A DNA stretch of 63,964 bases from Ignavibacteriales bacterium (lineage in GTDB: Bacteria; Bacteroidota; Ignavibacteria; UBA10030; UBA8401), in contig JACPGG010000094.1 of NCBI GenBank assembly GCA_016182545.1, positions 1 through 63,964 on the forward strand, written 5' to 3'. A program made the position numbers and the translations under genes. This document shows, piece after piece, positions 19,599-28,793 of the stretch. Each line of letters starts with the position of its first letter. The first letter of the stretch is position 1. Under the pieces are notes generated by a model. That model was not told the DNA's origin. It saw nothing but the letters and a program-made list of their open reading frames with translations, and did not search any database.

Positions 19599-20693
19599 AT
19601 GTGGAAAACAACTGAAGGAAGCACCGGACGGCTCATCCAACTCGCCGCTGGATATTTTACTTTTTATGTTATCACCGGCATAACGGTAAAGTATTTTACC
19701 GGGAGCGCGTCCACGGGATTTCCGGGGATGAACGAGATCGAATATCTCATCTACAATACGATCGGCGGAAATCTCATCGCACTCTCCGTTGCTGTCGCTC
19801 TCCGCTGGTACCGCATCAAATCGAATAAGCTGATCAGACTGGGAAGATTGCACTTCCCCCAGGAAATACTTTATATCATCCCTTCCGGTATTTGCACGGC
19901 AGTTGTCATCCCGACAACAACGCTGATGTACATGCTACCCATTTCTGTTATGGTCGCCATGGTCATTATGCGGGCGAGTGTCATTATCATAAGCCGTTTA
20001 GTAGATGCGGTTCAGATCAAGCAAGGCATATTGAAAAAAAGTGTGTACGCGGAAGAAAATTACGCAGTGTTGTTTGCACTTCTTGCTGCAGCGATGAATA
20101 TTTTTTGGGTCGGTGCCGGAGATTTTGATTTTGTTCACTCCACCGCAGCACTGTCCGTTCTCGGCAGTTATATTGTCGCCTATTCGATCCGCATTTATAT
20201 CATGAACTATTATAAGAATACACGGGCACAGGGGGTGAAGCTGGACAACAACGGATTTTTTGCCGTCGAGCAGATTGCGGCAACTTCGACAATGGTTCTT
20301 GCAGGATATGCGCTGTTCAATGCAGCCGAATGGTTTCAATCCTCAAATGTTCAATTGCTTCATTTTCATGATTCGTTTACCGATGCGCATCCCATGTGGA
20401 GTTGGGGAGTGATTGCCGGATTTGCGTACGGCATGGTGGCATTCTTCTCCGTTTTCATTTTCATGTTTAAAGGGAGAACGGCGACGTTCGCGGGACTGGT
20501 GAACCGCTTGACATCGCTGGTTGCGGGGACGGCGGCAACATTGATTTCCTTTTTCCTGTTCCAAGGGAGATTTCCCAAGATGCAGGATTGGCTGTCGCTT
20601 GTGTTTATCTTGATTGCGGTGTGGTTCTTGTCGAGAGCGGAGAAAAAACGGACACAAGAATTAGTAATGACTAGAGAGATTGAAGTGAAATAA
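19599..20693 (+). CDS. Hypothetical polytopic membrane protein (about 10 TM, DMT-like?)
   Basis: The sequence is hydrophobic throughout and I recognised no catalytic motif. Confidence 0.55.
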   Translation: MWKTTEGSTGRLIQLAAGYFTFYVITGITVKYFTGSASTGFPGMNEIEYLIYNTIGGNLIALSVAVALRWYRIKSNKLIRLGRLHFPQEILYIIPSGICTAVVIPTTTLMYMLPISVMVAMVIMRASVIIISRLVDAVQIKQGILKKSVYAEENYAVLFALLAAAMNIFWVGAGDFDFVHSTAALSVLGSYIVAYSIRIYIMNYYKNTRAQGVKLDNNGFFAVEQIAATSTMVLAGYALFNAAEWFQSSNVQLLHFHDSFTDAHPMWSWGVIAGFAYGMVAFFSVFIFMFKGRTATFAGLVNRLTSLVAGTAATLISFFLFQGRFPKMQDWLSLVFILIAVWFLSRAEKKRTQELVMTREIEVK

Positions 20694-20698
20694 ATAAT

Positions 20699-20726
20699 CG
20701 AACCGTTCGCTTTGAGCGAACGGTCC
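20699..20726. repeat. Hairpin CGAACCGTTCGC-N5-GCGAACGGTCC, copy 2 of 2, between convergent genes
   Basis: accgttcgc-tttga-gcgaacggt forms a perfect 9-bp stem flanked by an A8 run. It probably acts as a bidirectional terminator. Confidence 0.6.
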
Positions 20727-20737
20727 AATAAAAAAAA

Positions 20738-21448
20738 TTATTTCTGCAAACGCCACAACCTCGTGGTCGCTTTCTCCAATTCTTCCGCAATCAATTTTGT
20801 ATCGAGGGTCTTTTCGGGCATGTTGTCGAACACCGCGTACGGAATTTTATGTCCGCGCACTTCGATATAATTCGGATCTTTCTTTTCGATCTGTTCCCAG
20901 TCGTTCGTCTTGTAATAGAATTCCATCTTCTCATCGGGAAGCGAATGATACAGGATCGAATCCTCCTGTCCCGGCTTTGCACGCCGGCGGTTCTTCCGGA
21001 CCGATTCTTCGTACGGAACTTTGATATAGACGAGCGACGCTTTGCTCAGCATTTCATCGGAAAGGAATGTGAGTGCGTTGTAGATGGCATTGTCGCCGCC
21101 GCGTGCAAACTCCACCAATGAGGTCATCTTCTGGTGATACTCCGGATCTTTCATCACTTTTTTCTTGTAGTCCAGCGCAAGTCGTTTGATGTACAGATCC
21201 CAGATGTACTGGTATTTGAACCAGTATTTTTCGTCGCTCCACACGCGCGGTTTTCCCATCTGTGTCATCAGGTCATCCAGCTCGAACGTCTCCCACACGT
21301 AAATGAAATCGTCCAGTTCTTCAAAGTTTGCGATGTGGAATTTTTCCAACCGGACAATCGGGTCGCATTTTTTCAGGAAGTCGATCACTTCGCTTTTTCC
21401 GGCGGCGGGACGGCCGGTGATGATCAAAACGGGAAAGTGCTGGCTCAT
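20738..21448 (-). CDS. P-loop NTPase / kinase-like protein of unknown specificity
   Basis: It has Walker A ITGRPAAGKSE at the N-terminus. No further family assignment is possible by eye. Confidence 0.55.
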   Translation of the reverse strand: MSQHFPVLIITGRPAAGKSEVIDFLKKCDPIVRLEKFHIANFEELDDFIYVWETFELDDLMTQMGKPRVWSDEKYWFKYQYIWDLYIKRLALDYKKKVMKDPEYHQKMTSLVEFARGGDNAIYNALTFLSDEMLSKASLVYIKVPYEESVRKNRRRAKPGQEDSILYHSLPDEKMEFYYKTNDWEQIEKKDPNYIEVRGHKIPYAVFDNMPEKTLDTKLIAEELEKATTRLWRLQK

Positions 21449-21649
21449 GGGAATCTCCTTTAGAAATATTTTGAAACGTATTTTCCGTTGAGGGTAATTT
21501 GGGGTAGAAAGATACGAAGAAAAATTCTATTTTGAACATACTTTTATTACACAGTCATCCGATGAGTTACTGTTCGAGATCTGTGAAAGATCAGATATTC
21601 ACGCGCTCAAAAATTTCACTCAGCTGATGACTTTTATTGAAAAATATTC

Positions 21650-22117
21650 ATGACATTGTTTGACACCATTTGCTCATTTCTCAGCGAACGGAATATTTCG
21701 TTCCGCACGGTTCACCATCAACCGACATTCACCTCCGAAGAATCTGCCAAAGCACGCGGTGAAGATGTGAAGATCGGCGGCAAAGCGATCCTGATGAAGA
21801 TCGATAACGACTTTAAATTATTCGTCCTTAGTGCGGCATTGAAGATCGATTCAAAAAAGATCAAAGAGCTTTTCAACGCAAAAAGTATTCGGTTTGCGAC
21901 CAAAGAAGAATTACATTCGCTCACCGGATTGGTGCCGGGCTCCGTTCCACCGTTTGGCAGACCGATTCTTGATTTCGATCTGTTTGTCGATTCATCAATA
22001 CTGCAGAACGAGAAGATAGCGTTCAACGCCGGAACGCTGACAGATTCTATCATTATGAAAACATCAGACTACAGTTTGATTGCAAACGCCCAACAACTCA
22101 ATTTTTCGCAACAGTGA
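21650..22117 (+). CDS. YbaK/ProX-type aminoacyl-tRNA deacylase domain protein
   Basis: It is about 155 aa, with GGKAILMK and GSVPPFG blocks typical of the YbaK/EbsC editing fold. Confidence 0.7.
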   Translation: MTLFDTICSFLSERNISFRTVHHQPTFTSEESAKARGEDVKIGGKAILMKIDNDFKLFVLSAALKIDSKKIKELFNAKSIRFATKEELHSLTGLVPGSVPPFGRPILDFDLFVDSSILQNEKIAFNAGTLTDSIIMKTSDYSLIANAQQLNFSQQ

Positions 22118-23241
22118 AATTTTCCGCCTACAACCTGCGCACGCTCAAAATCGCTTTGTGGATTATTGCCGGGTATGTGATTATCTCTGCTCTTTATTCA
22201 TTAAATATCCACGCCGTGCAATTTACCTATTCCTACACCTTATATGACAGTCTTACCGGTAAATACATGACAGGACCATTTACTATTATTGAATCGCTAA
22301 AGCGAAGCACGCCAATCGGTTTTGCGCTGGGCGTTGTTACTGCGGTTATTGAATTGATCATTCTGCCGAAAATAATCAGCCGATTGAGTTTCTTATTGTC
22401 GCTCATTATTCGCGTCATCGGTTACGTCGTGATAACGATGCCGATTGTTTATTATGGGATCATCATTGAAGAGATGATCATTCTGCACACATCGTTTGAA
22501 AATGTCGTCAATGAACCGGGTTTTACTTCTGCTGCCACACGAATAATGCTGCTGGTGACGATCTTCAGCACAATTTCTGCACTTGGAGTAAGTTTTGTTC
22601 GTTTGGTCAGTAAAAAATTCGGGCAAGGTATTTTATTGCAATATGTGCTTGGCAAGTACCATCAGCCGAGGGAAGAAGAGCGGATCTTCATGTTCATGGA
22701 CCTGCGGTCATCGACGAGCATTGCAGAACAACTGGACCATAAAAAATATCATAAATTTTTGAATGACATTTTTCACGATATCTCCGAACCGATCCTTGAA
22801 TATCGCGGAGAAATTTATCAATATGTCGGTGACGAGGTTGTCGTTACGTGGTCCATAGGGAGCGGCATCAAAGATGAACGATGCATCCGGTGCTTCTTTG
22901 CGATCAGCCAGGTATTAGAGAGAAAGAATCCCCACTATATAAAGAAGTACGGCGTCGAAGCGAAAATGAAAGCGGGATTACATTGCGGACTCGTGACAAC
23001 AGGTGAGATCGGTGATTTAAAAACAGAAATTGTGTATCACGGCGATGCGGTCAACACAACATCCCGCATCCAGGAAATGTGCAATGACCTGCGCGCATCA
23101 CTGTTGGTTTCGGGGGATCTACTTCAACGGTGCAAACTGAGCGACAAATTTGTCCTCGAAGGAGGCGGTACTTTAAAACTTCGTGGCAAAGAAAAAGTAA
23201 TTGAAGTATATTCCGTCACCCGAAAATCCAGCGAGATGTGA
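22114..23241 (+). CDS. Membrane-anchored class III adenylate/guanylate cyclase
   Basis: It has about 5 N-terminal TM helices and then a cyclase domain (FMFMDLRSSTSIAE, GDEVVVTW, GDAVNTTSRIQ). The GTG start overlaps the ybaK stop. Confidence 0.85.
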   Translation: MKFSAYNLRTLKIALWIIAGYVIISALYSLNIHAVQFTYSYTLYDSLTGKYMTGPFTIIESLKRSTPIGFALGVVTAVIELIILPKIISRLSFLLSLIIRVIGYVVITMPIVYYGIIIEEMIILHTSFENVVNEPGFTSAATRIMLLVTIFSTISALGVSFVRLVSKKFGQGILLQYVLGKYHQPREEERIFMFMDLRSSTSIAEQLDHKKYHKFLNDIFHDISEPILEYRGEIYQYVGDEVVVTWSIGSGIKDERCIRCFFAISQVLERKNPHYIKKYGVEAKMKAGLHCGLVTTGEIGDLKTEIVYHGDAVNTTSRIQEMCNDLRASLLVSGDLLQRCKLSDKFVLEGGGTLKLRGKEKVIEVYSVTRKSSEM

Positions 23242-24809
23242 TGACAATTGTAAAGAAAATTTTTTTCCTCATATATATTTTTTCTTCCATCCTCTTCTCC
23301 CAACTCACTCGTCCCGAACGGTCGAACTACGAAGAGACATCCCGCTATCAGGATGTGATCGATTTTATTTCCGCATTGAAGATCGACGGCAGCTCGATGA
23401 AACTATCGTGGCTCGGATATTCCGCCAACGGCAAACGCCTGCCGATGATTTTCTATGGTGATATTCCGGATATCAAACCCGAAACGATCCGGAAGTCAGG
23501 AAAACTTGTCGTCTATATACAGGGGAATATTCACGCAGGAGAGGTCGAAGGGAAGGAAGCGATGCTTGAATTGCTCCGCGAATTGAGAGAAGGGAAGCAC
23601 TCCGAATGGCGACGCCGGTTGATCCTGATGATCGTGCCGATCTTTAATGCCGACGGGAACGACAACATCAGTCTCACGAACCGACCGTATCAGCATGGTC
23701 CGATTGCAGGGATGGGACAACGTGCAAATACGCAGGGACTCGACCTCAATCGCGATCACATGAAATTGGAAACGCCGGAGGTCCGCGCATTCGTAAAGAT
23801 GCTGAACGAGTACGATCCGCACGTGACGATCGATCTTCACACGACGAACGGTTCGTTCCACGGCTATCACATCACGTACAGTTTCGGATTGAATCCGGTT
23901 ATCGATTCAACACTTGATGATTTCACACGCAGCGTATTCTTCCCGAAAGTTGAACAGAAGATGCGGTCGCAAAAATGGCGCGTGCATCGGTACGGCGATT
24001 ATCTCGACAAGACACCGGCGGGGAAACCGGGATATTTTTTCTGGGCGCACGAACCGCGGTACAACAGCAACTACGTCGGTTTCAGGAACCGTCTTGCGAT
24101 TTTGAGCGAAGCGTATTCGTACATTACATTCAAGCAGCGGATCGCAGCCACCAAAGCGCTTGTAACGAATATCCTGGATATTGCAAACGGCAATTCACTA
24201 GCGATCAAAGAGGTTCTACAGCGTGCGAATGAATCTGCAATGCGTCTGACGCAGTTTGACTCACTAGGAGTCCGCGCAGAAGTGGTGGAATCGAATCCGG
24301 CGCAGGAGATCATCCTTGCGCCTGCAAAAGTAGAACGGAATCCGTACACCGGTCAACCGATGTATCTGATGAACGAAGACAGTCTGCGGACCATCGTGAC
24401 GACGGAATTTTATGCAACACTGGCAACACGGAAAGCAAAAGTGCCGACTCAATATTTTATTCCTGACTCTTTAAGGGGGATTGTTACATTGCTTTCCAAC
24501 CACGGCATTCAATGTGATACGATGAAGCAATCTCTTCGGACAAAAGTCCAACGGTTTGCCATACGCGAGAATAAAGAAGCGAGCAGAGAATTTCAAAAGC
24601 ACAAAATGCGGCTGCTCGAAGGAGAGTACGAAACGATCGAATTGGAGATGCCTGCCGGCACAGTGATCGTTCGAATGAATCAGCCATTATCCCGCCTCGC
24701 ATTCTATCTGCTCGAACCCGAATCGGAAGACGGGGTCGCAGCGTGGAATTTTGTCGATAGATACATGGGAGAGGGCAAATATTATCCGATAACAAAATCT
24801 GTAGAATAA
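23238..24809 (+). CDS. M14-family zinc carboxypeptidase, secreted
   Basis: It has a signal peptide, GNIHAGEVEGKEA (HxxE zinc site) and a later DLHT block. The start overlaps the cyclase stop. Confidence 0.8.
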   Translation: MMTIVKKIFFLIYIFSSILFSQLTRPERSNYEETSRYQDVIDFISALKIDGSSMKLSWLGYSANGKRLPMIFYGDIPDIKPETIRKSGKLVVYIQGNIHAGEVEGKEAMLELLRELREGKHSEWRRRLILMIVPIFNADGNDNISLTNRPYQHGPIAGMGQRANTQGLDLNRDHMKLETPEVRAFVKMLNEYDPHVTIDLHTTNGSFHGYHITYSFGLNPVIDSTLDDFTRSVFFPKVEQKMRSQKWRVHRYGDYLDKTPAGKPGYFFWAHEPRYNSNYVGFRNRLAILSEAYSYITFKQRIAATKALVTNILDIANGNSLAIKEVLQRANESAMRLTQFDSLGVRAEVVESNPAQEIILAPAKVERNPYTGQPMYLMNEDSLRTIVTTEFYATLATRKAKVPTQYFIPDSLRGIVTLLSNHGIQCDTMKQSLRTKVQRFAIRENKEASREFQKHKMRLLEGEYETIELEMPAGTVIVRMNQPLSRLAFYLLEPESEDGVAAWNFVDRYMGEGKYYPITKSVE

Positions 24810-24816
24810 AAGGAGG

Positions 24817-26940
24817 ATGTGCATGAGAAAGCTGTTTGGCATCATCGTTGTACTTTCGTCGGCGTTATGCGCACAGTTGCAGTATCCAAACACGGCAAAA
24901 GTCGATCACGTTGACGATTGTTTCGGAACCAAACTTCCCGATCCGTATCGCTGGCTTGAGCATGATACGGCAGCAGCGGTGAAGGAATGGGTAAAAGAAC
25001 AGAACAACGTCACATTCGGATATTTGGAAAAGATTCCGTTTCGCCAAAACGTGCTCGACCGCCTGATGAAATTATACAACTACCCGAAGCAGACGGCGCC
25101 GTTCAGAAAAGGGAAGAATTGGTTCTTCTACAAAAACGACGGGTTACAAAACCAGAACGTGCTGTATATCCGCAGAGGTTCGCTTGATGCCAAGCCACAA
25201 GTATTTTTCGATCCGAACAAACTATCGGCTGACGGCACAACATCGCTTGCGGGAATTGAATTCGATAAGAATGGAAAGTATATGGCGTACTCGATCTCGA
25301 AGGCAGGTTCGGACTGGCGTGAGATCTATGTGATGGATGTGAATACAAAAAAAGTTCTGAACGATAAGATCGAATGGGCGAAGTTTACCGGCATATCGTG
25401 GTACGGGAATGGTTTCTATTACAGCAGGTATCCGGCTCCAGCCGATACAGGGACAAAGTATTCCGCGTCCAACCTGCGGCATAAAGTCTATTATCATGTG
25501 TTGGGTACACCGCAATCGAAAGATCTGCTGGTGTACGAAGATGCGGATCACCCGCAGCGGTTGTTCGGTGTCGGGCTGACGGAAGATGAGCGGTTCCTTC
25601 AACTCACAGTGAACCAGCGCGGATCGAACGGCAATGCGTTGTACTACCGTGATGTGAAAAAGCGGGGTGAATTCAAGCCGATCATCGAAACCTTCGAGGA
25701 TGATATGTATATCCTCGATAATATCGGAGACAAACTGCTCCTCTATACAAATCGGAAAGCACCGAACGGGCGGGTAATTTTGTTCGATCCGTCGAATCCG
25801 GAAGAAAAAAATTGGAAGGAGATAGTACCGGAAAAACAAGAGAAGTTGGATGAAATATCGATTGCCGGCAGCAAATTGTTCGTGGTGTATACAAAAGACG
25901 TGAGCCACAGAGTTTTTGTGTACGATCTAAACGGAAAGAATGAACACGAGATACATCTTCCTGTGCTGGGAAAAGTGGATGGATTCGGGGGACAGAGAGG
26001 AGACAAATTCACATTTTTCACGATTACATCATTTACACAACCTTCCGTCGTCTATAAATACGACATCACATCGAGGTCGTACTCCATGTACCAAAAAACG
26101 GAAATCGATTTCAATCCTGACGACTATGAAACCAAGCAGATCTTTTATCCGAGCAAAGACGGGACAAAGATCCCGATGTTCATCGTGCATAAGAAAGGGA
26201 TACAACTCGACAGCAACAATCCGACGTGGCTTTACGGGTACGGCGGATTCAATATTTCGCTCATGCCGAACTTCAGTGCGATCCGTCTTGCATGGCTGGA
26301 ACAAGGGGGCGTCTATGCACTCGCGAACATTCGCGGCGGCGGAGAGTACGGAGAGAAGTGGCATGAACTGGGGATGAAACTGAACAAGCAGAACGTGTTC
26401 GACGATTTTATCGCCGCCGCTGAATATCTTATAACACAAAAATATACCAGCCCGCAGAAACTGGCGATTGAAGGACGATCGAACGGCGGTTTATTGATCG
26501 GTGCGGTGATCAACCAGCGTCCCGATCTGTTCCGTGTTGCACATCCCGCGGTCGGCGTGATGGATATGCTGCGATTCCACAAATTCACGATCGGCTGGGC
26601 GTGGGTGAACGATTACGGTTCGAGCGACGATTCCGTGCAATTCGAAAATCTTAAAAAGTTTTCCCCCGTGCATAACATTCGTGAAGGAGTGAATTACCCG
26701 GCGACTCTCGTCACGACAGCGGACCATGACGACCGTGTTGTGCCGGCGCATTCATTTAAATACATCTCGACGCTGCAGGAGAAATATAAGGGACCAAACC
26801 CGACATTGATTCGCATCGAAACATCCGCCGGACATGGTTCCGGCAAACCGACGGCGAAAATACTCGAAGAGTGGGCTGATATGTATTCATTCACCTGGTG
26901 GAATATGGGATTGACGCCGAGGTATCTGTCGAAAGAGTGA
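24817..26940 (+). CDS. Prolyl oligopeptidase (S9A)
   Basis: It has a signal peptide, a beta-propeller N-domain, the GRSNGGLL nucleophile elbow, and C-terminal DDRV...GHG. Confidence 0.9.
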   Translation: MCMRKLFGIIVVLSSALCAQLQYPNTAKVDHVDDCFGTKLPDPYRWLEHDTAAAVKEWVKEQNNVTFGYLEKIPFRQNVLDRLMKLYNYPKQTAPFRKGKNWFFYKNDGLQNQNVLYIRRGSLDAKPQVFFDPNKLSADGTTSLAGIEFDKNGKYMAYSISKAGSDWREIYVMDVNTKKVLNDKIEWAKFTGISWYGNGFYYSRYPAPADTGTKYSASNLRHKVYYHVLGTPQSKDLLVYEDADHPQRLFGVGLTEDERFLQLTVNQRGSNGNALYYRDVKKRGEFKPIIETFEDDMYILDNIGDKLLLYTNRKAPNGRVILFDPSNPEEKNWKEIVPEKQEKLDEISIAGSKLFVVYTKDVSHRVFVYDLNGKNEHEIHLPVLGKVDGFGGQRGDKFTFFTITSFTQPSVVYKYDITSRSYSMYQKTEIDFNPDDYETKQIFYPSKDGTKIPMFIVHKKGIQLDSNNPTWLYGYGGFNISLMPNFSAIRLAWLEQGGVYALANIRGGGEYGEKWHELGMKLNKQNVFDDFIAAAEYLITQKYTSPQKLAIEGRSNGGLLIGAVINQRPDLFRVAHPAVGVMDMLRFHKFTIGWAWVNDYGSSDDSVQFENLKKFSPVHNIREGVNYPATLVTTADHDDRVVPAHSFKYISTLQEKYKGPNPTLIRIETSAGHGSGKPTAKILEEWADMYSFTWWNMGLTPRYLSKE

Positions 26941-26950
26941 GGTGTTAATG

Positions 26951-26979
26951 CCTTGCGAAGGTTCATAACCTTCGCAAGG
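26951..26979 (+). terminator. Perfect 13-bp hairpin after the oligopeptidase gene
   Basis: ccttgcgaaggtt-cat-aaccttcgcaagg lies 11 nt after the stop. Confidence 0.6.
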
Positions 26980-27325
26980 TTGAAAAGTAAATGAAAAAAA
27001 TCACTTTCAAATGCATAGAACCTTTCATTTGAATAAAAGGTATTTGTGCCAAGTTGTGTGTGAAATTCAGCATTTTGTAGCAAAATCACAGAATTAAAAT
27101 TTTACAGATCTACCTCTTGCGTCTTTCCAAGCGATTTGTTACGTTCACTTAAAGTAACTCTTGAGCGGCAGATTGCTTTTGCATATAAAATCAACCTCAA
27201 CATTTCTCCTGAATTTACCGAATTTCGCAATTCGTTTGTACCCTTACATACCTTTCCCAACACTAATCAACATCAATCATTCACGTTTGTCGACGACTCA
27301 ACTCGTCGAGGAGTAGCACAACGCA

Positions 27326-28651
27326 ATGGCAAAAAAGAAAAAACTTTTTGTTCTCGATACCAACGTTGTCTTACATGACAGTGCATGCATTTATCAATTC
27401 AAGGAACATGATGTCATCATTCCTGTAACATTGCTGGAAGAACTGGATGCGTTCAAGAAAGGAAACGAGTCGATCAACTTCCACGCGCGGGAATTTGCAC
27501 GGAACGTTGATGCGATGAGCGGCGACCACATTTTCAATGGCGGTGTCAAAATAGGTGCCGGTCTCGGAAAAATATCGGTCAGGCTCGAACAGAATTTTCA
27601 CAAAGACCTTCAATCAATTTTCAATCCCGCAAATCCTGACCATCAGATCCTGAACTGCGCGTACTGTTTATGGAAAGAGAATCCATCCCGTGATGTGATC
27701 CTTGTTTCAAAAGATGTCAACCTGCGGATGAAATCGAAAGCAGTCGGTATCCCTGCACAGGATTACAAGAACGATCAGGTGCAGAATATCACGGAATTGT
27801 ACACAGGACATCGCACTGTGGAGAATGTCGAAGAAGAAGTGATCCAGCAGCTCCATTCCAATCCGTACGAGATCCATCCTGAAGATCTTCCGACGAATCA
27901 CTTTGTTCCTAATGAATACATGATCCTCCGGAACGGCAAACAGTCCGCACTTGCCACATTCGACGCAGAACGGAAAGCGGTAGTGAAAGTCGATAAGAAC
28001 GTTTCATACGGCATCTCACCGAAGAACGCGGAGCAGATCTTTGCATTGAACGCGCTGATGAATCCCGATATTCAACTGGTCACCATCTCAGGAAAAGCCG
28101 GTACGGGGAAAACTCTTCTTGCACTTGCAGCGGCGTTGGAGAAAAGAAAATATTATCGCCAGATCTTTATGGCGAGGCCGATCGTTCCCCTTTCCAATAA
28201 GGATATCGGTTACCTGCCGGGCGATATTCATTCAAAACTTGATCCGTACATGACGCCGTTATTTGACAATCTCGGCGTGATCAAGAATCAGTATCCCGAA
28301 AGCGATCAGAACTTCACCCGCATCACGCAGATGATGCAGGAAGAAAAACTGGTCATCGAACCATTGTCATATATTCGCGGACGTTCACTGGTGAAAATTT
28401 TCTTCATTGTTGACGAAGCGCAGAACTTGACACCCCACGAAGTGAAGACAATTATTACACGGGCAGGCGAAGGAACAAAGATTGTATTAACCGGAGATAT
28501 ATACCAAATTGATCATCCGTACCTCGACAGTCAGTCCAACGGATTGAGTTATTTGATCGCAAAGATGCAGGGACAAAAGATCTACGCGCACATCAATCTC
28601 GAAAAAGGTGAGCGGTCGAAGCTGGCAGAACTTGCAAGTAATTTGTTATAA
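27326..28651 (+). CDS. PIN-domain plus PhoH-like ATPase (YlaK family)
   Basis: It has an N-terminal PIN (FVLDTNVVLHD), Walker A GKAGTGKT, and the VDEAQN Walker B. Confidence 0.88.
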   Translation: MAKKKKLFVLDTNVVLHDSACIYQFKEHDVIIPVTLLEELDAFKKGNESINFHAREFARNVDAMSGDHIFNGGVKIGAGLGKISVRLEQNFHKDLQSIFNPANPDHQILNCAYCLWKENPSRDVILVSKDVNLRMKSKAVGIPAQDYKNDQVQNITELYTGHRTVENVEEEVIQQLHSNPYEIHPEDLPTNHFVPNEYMILRNGKQSALATFDAERKAVVKVDKNVSYGISPKNAEQIFALNALMNPDIQLVTISGKAGTGKTLLALAAALEKRKYYRQIFMARPIVPLSNKDIGYLPGDIHSKLDPYMTPLFDNLGVIKNQYPESDQNFTRITQMMQEEKLVIEPLSYIRGRSLVKIFFIVDEAQNLTPHEVKTIITRAGEGTKIVLTGDIYQIDHPYLDSQSNGLSYLIAKMQGQKIYAHINLEKGERSKLAELASNLL

Positions 28652-28793
28652 GATTGTTCGTTTCAATTTAGTTTGGAATCGAATCCCGAATCGGGTCCCA
28701 TCTTTCAGGTGCATATTGACTTACTTCAGCAAAGTCATTAACTTCGCTCTATAAAATCACATCTCTTTTCGCCATTTTATTAAGGAGAGACGT

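Noticed and set aside
27290-27309. Hairpin tcgacga-ctcaac-tcgtcga next to the GGAG of the PIN-PhoH gene, within a 385-nt AT-rich leader, considered as a riboswitch or RBS-sequestering element
   Set aside because: The stem does not include the SD itself, the SD-ATG spacing is long, and the rest of the leader is AT-rich without obvious conserved structure. The evidence is insufficient.
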